DNA of 64,000 nt from NCBI GenBank assembly GCA_002269645.1, contig NIVC01001196.1, positions 1 to 64,000 of the forward strand, read 5' to 3'. Under the pieces are notes generated by a model, which was not told the origin of the DNA, did no database searches, and saw only the letters and a list, made by a program, of their open reading frames with translations. The position numbers were made by a program, and so were the translations under genes. Below are positions 58,137 to 64,000 of this stretch, piece after piece. The DNA comes from Macrostomum lignano (lineage: Eukaryota). Each line of letters begins with the position of its first letter. The stretch's first letter is position 1.

Positions 58137-59478
58137 CGAGGTGTATTCAAAAAGTTCTTTTCGGTGCCCTACAAAACTGAACACAAAACAACTGGAACTA
58201 TGAAAACACTGTTAGATTGCTTAACATGATTCTGTCACTCAACATATTCACCGCCAATGTCTTTGCACTTCTGCCAGCGATTTACCAAGCTTCTGATTCC
58301 GGAACTCACACCACTCGCGTCCGTTTGGCGAACAGCTTGATTGCGTGCAGCTTTGATGTGCTCGACGCTGTCGAATCGAATGCCCCGAAGGTGCTTCTTC
58401 ACAGATGGAAATAAGAAGAAGTCGCACGGCGACAAATCAAGCGAATAGGGTGGATGTTGGAGCACTTCCCAGCCCCATTTGCTCAGGAGTTCCACGACGT
58501 TGTGCTTGCGATGTGCTGGCGCATTGTCGTGCAGCAGGATCACGCCAGATTCCAGCAGATCAGGGCGCTTCTTTCGTATTGCTGGGCGCAACTTCTGCAG
58601 AATTCACTTGTAGTAGTCCCCATTGACGGTGGTTCCTTGTGGGACTGCCCAGTTCAGCAGGATTCCTTGGGAATCAAAAAACATGACGTGCATGATCTTC
58701 CTCGCGCCCTGCTTCCTGATGGCCTTCTGAGGTCCTGGAGAATGTGCTGGAAGCCATTCGGCAGACTGGGCCTTTGTCTCAGGATCCCAGCTTAAACCCA
58801 CGTCTCGTCTCCAGCTACAATTCTTGATAGAAAATCCTTCCCTTCTCGATGGAACCGACGCAAGTGGCTGCTTGAAGCCACAGTTCGTTGCATCTTTTGC
58901 TCACCTGTCAGCAGGTGTGGCACCCACTTGCAGAACTTCTTCTGCAGGTGAAGACGCTCCGTCAGAATGGTGTGGACGCTTCCTACTGACACACCAACGT
59001 CTTCTGCCAACTCTTCGCAAGTCTGTCGCCGATCATCATCCAGGAGCTCTTGCACTTTCTTCACAACAGTCTCGTTGGTTGCAGTCATCGGCCTTCCAGA
59101 GCGATCATTGTCCTCAACGCTCTCTCTTCCCTCAGCGAACAGCCGGTACCATTTTCGAACTGTCTGCTCAGTTGGTGCACAGTTGCCAAGCACTTGCTGA
59201 AGCTCCCTAAACATATCCGGTGGCTTTTTTCCTTGCAGAAACTGAAACTTCACCAAGCTTCGAACGTCTTGCTTTGAAAATGATTCAGCCATGGCCAAGA
59301 AATTGAGTGGTAGCTGATAGAGATGTTCGCTGCTCAAACATAGTTGCAAACTGGGGCTTAAAACCCTAGGAACGTTTAGGCCATAGACATAACTTGGTGA
59401 AATCGCTTAAATTCTGTTTACAATGCTTTCTAAAAATAAATGCCAAAGGACCGAAAAGAACTTTTTGAATACACCTCG
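58137..59478 (-). mobile_element. Mariner (Tc1/mariner, D,D34D) transposon, full length but inactivated
   Basis: 29-bp TIRs CGAGGTGTATTCAAAAAGTTCTTTTCGGT, TA TSD; WVPHLL, AGDETWV, LHDNAPAH, YSLDLSPCD; one frameshift (~58795) and an in-frame TGA (58604-58606). Confidence 0.95.
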
Positions 59479-59938
59479 TACATGTAGTAGGCATTGCGCA
59501 CTGAGTCAATGTACAGTAGTGTCCATTCAGAGTATATTTAAATTTTTTTGGAATCCAGAAGAGATTCAGGGTAAGGAGCACTGGAAACTCACGTTAAGGA
59601 TACCCTCACGAATCGTGTAAATGCTTTTGAAAGCGGAAATTATGCTTTGAAATGCATAGATATGTATAAATGCGTAATTCATGGATTAACGGTACGTAAA
59701 TAGCAATTATAACATTTGGATGAAACCTGTAGTTTTATAAAATTAAAGCTAATAAAAAGTTGTTACGATTAAAGTTCTATCAGCATGAGTTGCTTCGAAC
59801 TTCGGCCATACTATCTAGAGACAGCTAGCTTGGTATAAAGTACGAATCTGTACATGTACTCAAAATTAGTTTTGGTAATCGAGAATGATCAATTAAATTA
59901 TCGTCTCAACGTCTCTCAATCGTCTCATTGATCGCCAA

Positions 59939-61038
59939 CAGGGGCGCCGCCACTGGGGGGGGGGCAGCCCAGTATAAGCTGTGAGGGGGGGACATGCCAA
60001 AGCTTTGTCCCCACCCCACCTTTATGACCCGCTATGGAAATTTTAGTCATTTTGCTTCAGGGCACTAAAATGAGTGCCTGCGGTGCTAAAATGAGTGCCT
60101 GCGGTGCTAAAATGAGTGTCTGTAGCGCTAAACTGAGTGCCTGCGGTGCTAAAATGAGTGCCTGCGGTGCTAAAATGAGTGTCTGTAGCGCTAAACTGAG
60201 TGCCTGCGGTGCTAAAATGAGAGCCTGTGGCGCTAAAATGAGAGCCTGCGGTGCTAAAATGAGTGTCTGTAGCGCTAAAATGAGTGCCTGCGGTGCTAAA
60301 ATGAGTGCCTGCGGCGCTAAAATGAGAGCCTGTGGCGCTAAAATGAGAGCCTGCGGTGCTAAAATGAGTGTCTGTAGCGCTAAACTGAGTGCCTGCGGTG
60401 CTAAAATGAGTGTCTGTAGCGCTAAACTGAGTGCCTGCGGTGCTAAAATGAGTGTCTGTAGCGCTAAAATGAGTGCCTGCGGTGCTAAAATGAGTGTCTG
60501 TAGCGCTAAACTGAGTGCCTGCGGTGCTAAAATGAGTGTCTGTAGCGCTAAACTGAGTGCCTGCGGTGCTAAAATGAGTGCCTGTAGCGCTAAAATGAGT
60601 GCCTGCGATGCTAAAATAAGAGTCTGTAGCGCTAAACTGAGTGCCTGCGGTGCTAAAATGAGTGTCTGCGGCGCTAAAATGAGTGCCTGTAGCGCTAAAA
60701 TGAGTGCCTGTAGCGCTAAAATGAGTGCCTGTAGCGCTAAAATGAGTGTCTGCGGTGCTAAAATGAGTGCCTGCGGTGCTAAAATGAGTGCCTGTAGCGC
60801 TAAACTGAGTGCCTGTTGGCGCCCAAATGAGTGCCTGCGGTGCTAAAATGAGTGCCTGTAGCGCTAAAATGAGTGCCTGTAGCGCTAAAATGAGTGTCTG
60901 CGGTGCTAAAATGAGTGCCTGTGGCGTTAAAATGAGTGCCTGCCGCATCAAAGTGAGTGATAACAACACCGATTTACTCGTAAAAAAGTAGTGTATTGGC
61001 TTGGTATCCCCATCATAAAATCTATGGCGACGCCCCTG
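59939..61038. mobile_element. hAT-like non-autonomous element containing a 21-bp minisatellite (60060-60950)
   Basis: TIRs CAGGGGCGCCGCCA / TGGCGACGCCCCTG (13/14), 8-bp TSD ATCGCCAA / ATCGTCAA (7/8). Confidence 0.75.
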
Positions 61039-62083
61039 ATCGTCAATCGGGGCAAATGTATGGTAGAGAATGCATGATGGGTCATGGGGACATGCCAAGG
61101 GCCACAGCAGACACAACGGGAGTTAAGCAAACGCGATGGGTAGGAGTTGGAGTGCAATGCCCGGTGTTAGGCTTTCTGTTCTCCGGGGGACATCGCAAAA
61201 CAAAATTATTGTCGCTTTGCGATAACCTACCCTGGATAATCCAGGATCGCAGCTGTTTTTGATTGATCGAATTACGTGTAGATTGGTGAATCAAATAACA
61301 GTTTTTCGGTTGACAATGTATAGTATCAATAGCTTTAATTTTACTTCTGTTTGGAGTGTGTGAAATGCGAAATAGTGATTGAAAATATACTCGGTTAAAG
61401 AAGCATGACGCAGATGTTTGCCAATTGAAAAAGTAGCAAAAAGTTTTTTCTTCTTTGTGAAAATTGATTTCGAAATTTTGCTATTCCTAACCTCGGATAT
61501 CAGTAGCCGGATGTCCTAAAGCAAACCTCTGTCTCCGCAGACTGACCCCTCTCTTTCAACCTACAGTCGGATGTCCCAAGACAACTTCCCCTTCTTGTGA
61601 TCTCCGGGCCGGATAGCAGAGTCAGTGCCGTAGGATGTCCGGGAGAGACATCTCAAAGTGCCCGGACAATGCAAAGCAGCTCAAGATATATGGGAAGGAG
61701 AAAACAAAGCAGGTTTTTTGCTTGGCAGTATCCGGGCGGATATCGTAAGTGCGTTCGGATATCCGGGCCAGACGAAAAAACCCCGGATAGTCTAAAGTGT
61801 AACACAGGCTCACCTGATATTGAGAGCCAGAGATTGCTCATCGGTGCCGGTGTACCCGGGCACAATACTACCTTGGGACTGACCATCTGACAGGAGTGGG
61901 AGGTCAGAGTATTACTGTAAGTGATTGACTTCTTTGATCTGAGACCTAATAGTCAAAGTATTTTAATACCCAAACGGTCATAAAACAAGTATCTATTTTC
62001 CAGATCCCTACAAATCCCTGGAAGTCTGGTAAGTCTTCAGTGCATTGCTTTTATCTGCATGCAGCAGCAATACTTCAAATTTG

Positions 62084-62168
62084 ACTGACTGACTGACTGA
62101 CTGACTGGCTGACTGACTGACTGACTGACTGACTGACTGACTGACTGACTGACTGACTGACTGACTGA
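62084..62168. repeat. (CTGA)n microsatellite
   Basis: About 21 units. Confidence 0.95.
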
Positions 62169-62589
62169 TTTATTAGTTATCTAATTCAATTATTAGTTTA
62201 TTGTTGACACGAAGAGTACGAGACGAAACGCCAAGGAGCGGATAATTATGCGAAAACGAGAGCGAGGTGACAATTTAAATTGGCGTGGAATTCCGAATTA
62301 TTTAAGATTTAAGACGCTAACGACGTCGTACATTTTAAGCTGATTTTTAAGATAAAATTAGTTAAATTGCGAATGTCTAGTAACGGCTGGAAAGAGGGCG
62401 ATTTCGGGGCAGTGGTAGTGCGAGGACATCATAAATTTATCTAATAAATTAAACTGAAGGTATATTTTTTTCGAAGATTATATAATTCTTTGAAATGTGA
62501 ATTACTTCGTACGAGCAGCAAAAGCAAAAACTAGTAGTTTTTTATTTTTTAGTTAGCATATTATTTTTCAATCCAATTGAAAAGGTAAC

Positions 62590-64000
62590 TGCAGGTGGAT
62601 GTTCACCTGCCTCTGCTCAAGGGGGGATTGGCTTCCTGCTCTTCCCAGAAGATTCGTGATCGCTCCTCTCGATCAAAGTTTTCTCTGAGCGCATCGGTCA
62701 TGCGACTCTTTAGCTCTGGAGGACATGCGCATCAATTTCATCTGTGTGTATGCGCTAAACGCACCACACATTTCCTCTGACCCATCTGAAACTGAGTGCT
62801 TCTACAACCAACTAGATGCTCTGATTGACCAGCTGGCCTCCCTGGAGCTCATCATTGTCACCGGCGACTAAATGTCAACACAGTTTTTCTTTGTGAATTC
62901 ATTCACTCTCTCGCGACCTGATGACGGCAAGTGGCTGCCTTCGCCAACGTCTCAGTGTTCTGATTTTTCATGGCCAATTAGTCGCAACACCCGACTCAAC
63001 TGGATTCTCTGCCCAATGTCGCAGAGAGCTCGTCTCCGGGCCATTCGTATCATCACCCTGAAATGCACCCCACCCAACCACACTTTCCTGTGCTGCAGAA
63101 TGTGCGTACGCTGGCATCTCTTCGGAAAGCCGGTGCGCCAGTCCCCTGTCCCACTAGGGTGCACTTTACAACCCTGAAATAAAATCATTTTCCTGCAGCA
63201 ACTCAAGGACTCGAAGCTCCAACTACGAAAGCTTCTCTGTAGCAGTCGCTTCCTCGGCAGCAGCCCTACCCAGGAGGCAACCGTAGCAATTTGGTGCACT
63301 TTAGAAGCCCGGCAAGGAATGCAAGCCGCAGTTACCCGGCATGGCACTACCAGCAGTGCTTCCTTCCACTGCGGCTGAAGCGCTGCAAACTGCCCACATC
63401 CAAGCTGCTGAGCGCCTACGCCGACAGCCTGGCGCTGACCTATTGCACCCCAAAGCTGCACAGAGGGCGGTGAGTCGGCTGGCTGGCGAGGGGAAGCGCG
63501 TGGGACTCCACATCAACTACGTTGAGACAGAGGTGCTGCATATTGGCATTTTCAACCCTTTTTCACTGTTTAGACAGTCGACGTAACGCCGAGTTCGCGC
63601 TTGACCTCGCCGGTAGGGTGCCTGCAGCGTGAGCAGCAGCACCTCCTCCACCGGCTGTGGGCAGTACGACTCGGCGCGGATGAGATGGCCTGCGACTGTC
63701 TGCTGGCTGACGCCGGCGCCCCGGACACTGTCGGTGGCGCGGCCTTTGTTCGCGTCCAAGCCATGAAGCGCGCCCTGTGACGCTGACTTTTGCCATCCTG
63801 AGAGCGTATTTTGTTGTTTGTTGTTGTTCACTGCTTATTCTACCGGACGGCAACACTAACGCCCCGAGAAACCAATTCAAGTATCTGGGCGTGCTGATCC
63901 CTGACCCGGATGCCATTGTCAACAACCGCAAGCAGCTGGGGTGGTGGGCCTCCTACCTTTTCGCTCCATCTTCAGCTGTCGGCTCGACAACCTGAAGCTA
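62590..64000 (+). mobile_element. Decayed RTE-like non-LTR retrotransposon (APE endonuclease and RT remnants) with an inverted 3' segment at ~63585-63790
   Basis: GGIGFL...SERI, FICVYA...FYNQLDALI...IIVTGD; YADS (from YADD), GLHIN..TEV, FKYLG; multiple stops and frameshifts. Confidence 0.7.

Noticed and set aside
60034-61116. 270-aa and 357-aa Cys/Ala- or Thr-rich ORFs
   Set aside because: The 21-bp in-frame repeat lacks stops on both strands and lies inside a TIR element; no evidence of coding
61480-61890. Region with repeated CCGGAT/ATCCGG motifs, possibly a MITE
   Set aside because: Could not define TIRs or a TSD

Overview
Eukaryotic (metazoan, probably invertebrate; the species cannot be determined from sequence) genomic DNA. 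The backbone is a minus-strand tandem cluster of seven paralogous spliced genes. Most can be traced as signal peptide - double-EGF exon - variable Ser/Thr stalk - transmembrane helix - variable tail; no signal exon was found for paralog 3 and the TM exons of paralogs 1 and 2 are uncertain. A complete 16.9-kb Polinton/Maverick endogenous dsDNA virus (9007-25942, ~405-413 bp TIRs, AGTAGT termini) sits in the ~85-bp first intron of one paralog. It carries the canonical core genes: pPolB (interrupted), rve+chromo integrase, major and minor capsid proteins, packaging ATPase and a degenerate adenain-like protease. It also carries an unusual set of Pol II-type transcription factors: an intact two-repeat TBP-fold ORF, a tandem PC4-like ORF, and an acidic Trp-repeat exon that can be spliced in frame between a Cys-cluster ORF and pPolB. 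Other content: a young Mag-type Gypsy LTR element nested in a deleted Tc1/IS630-like element, a decayed mariner, a decayed RTE-like LINE, tRNA-derived SINEs, hAT-like non-autonomous elements carrying minisatellites, and several multi-kb minisatellites and microsatellites. All assignments come from motif recognition by eye; no database searches were run.
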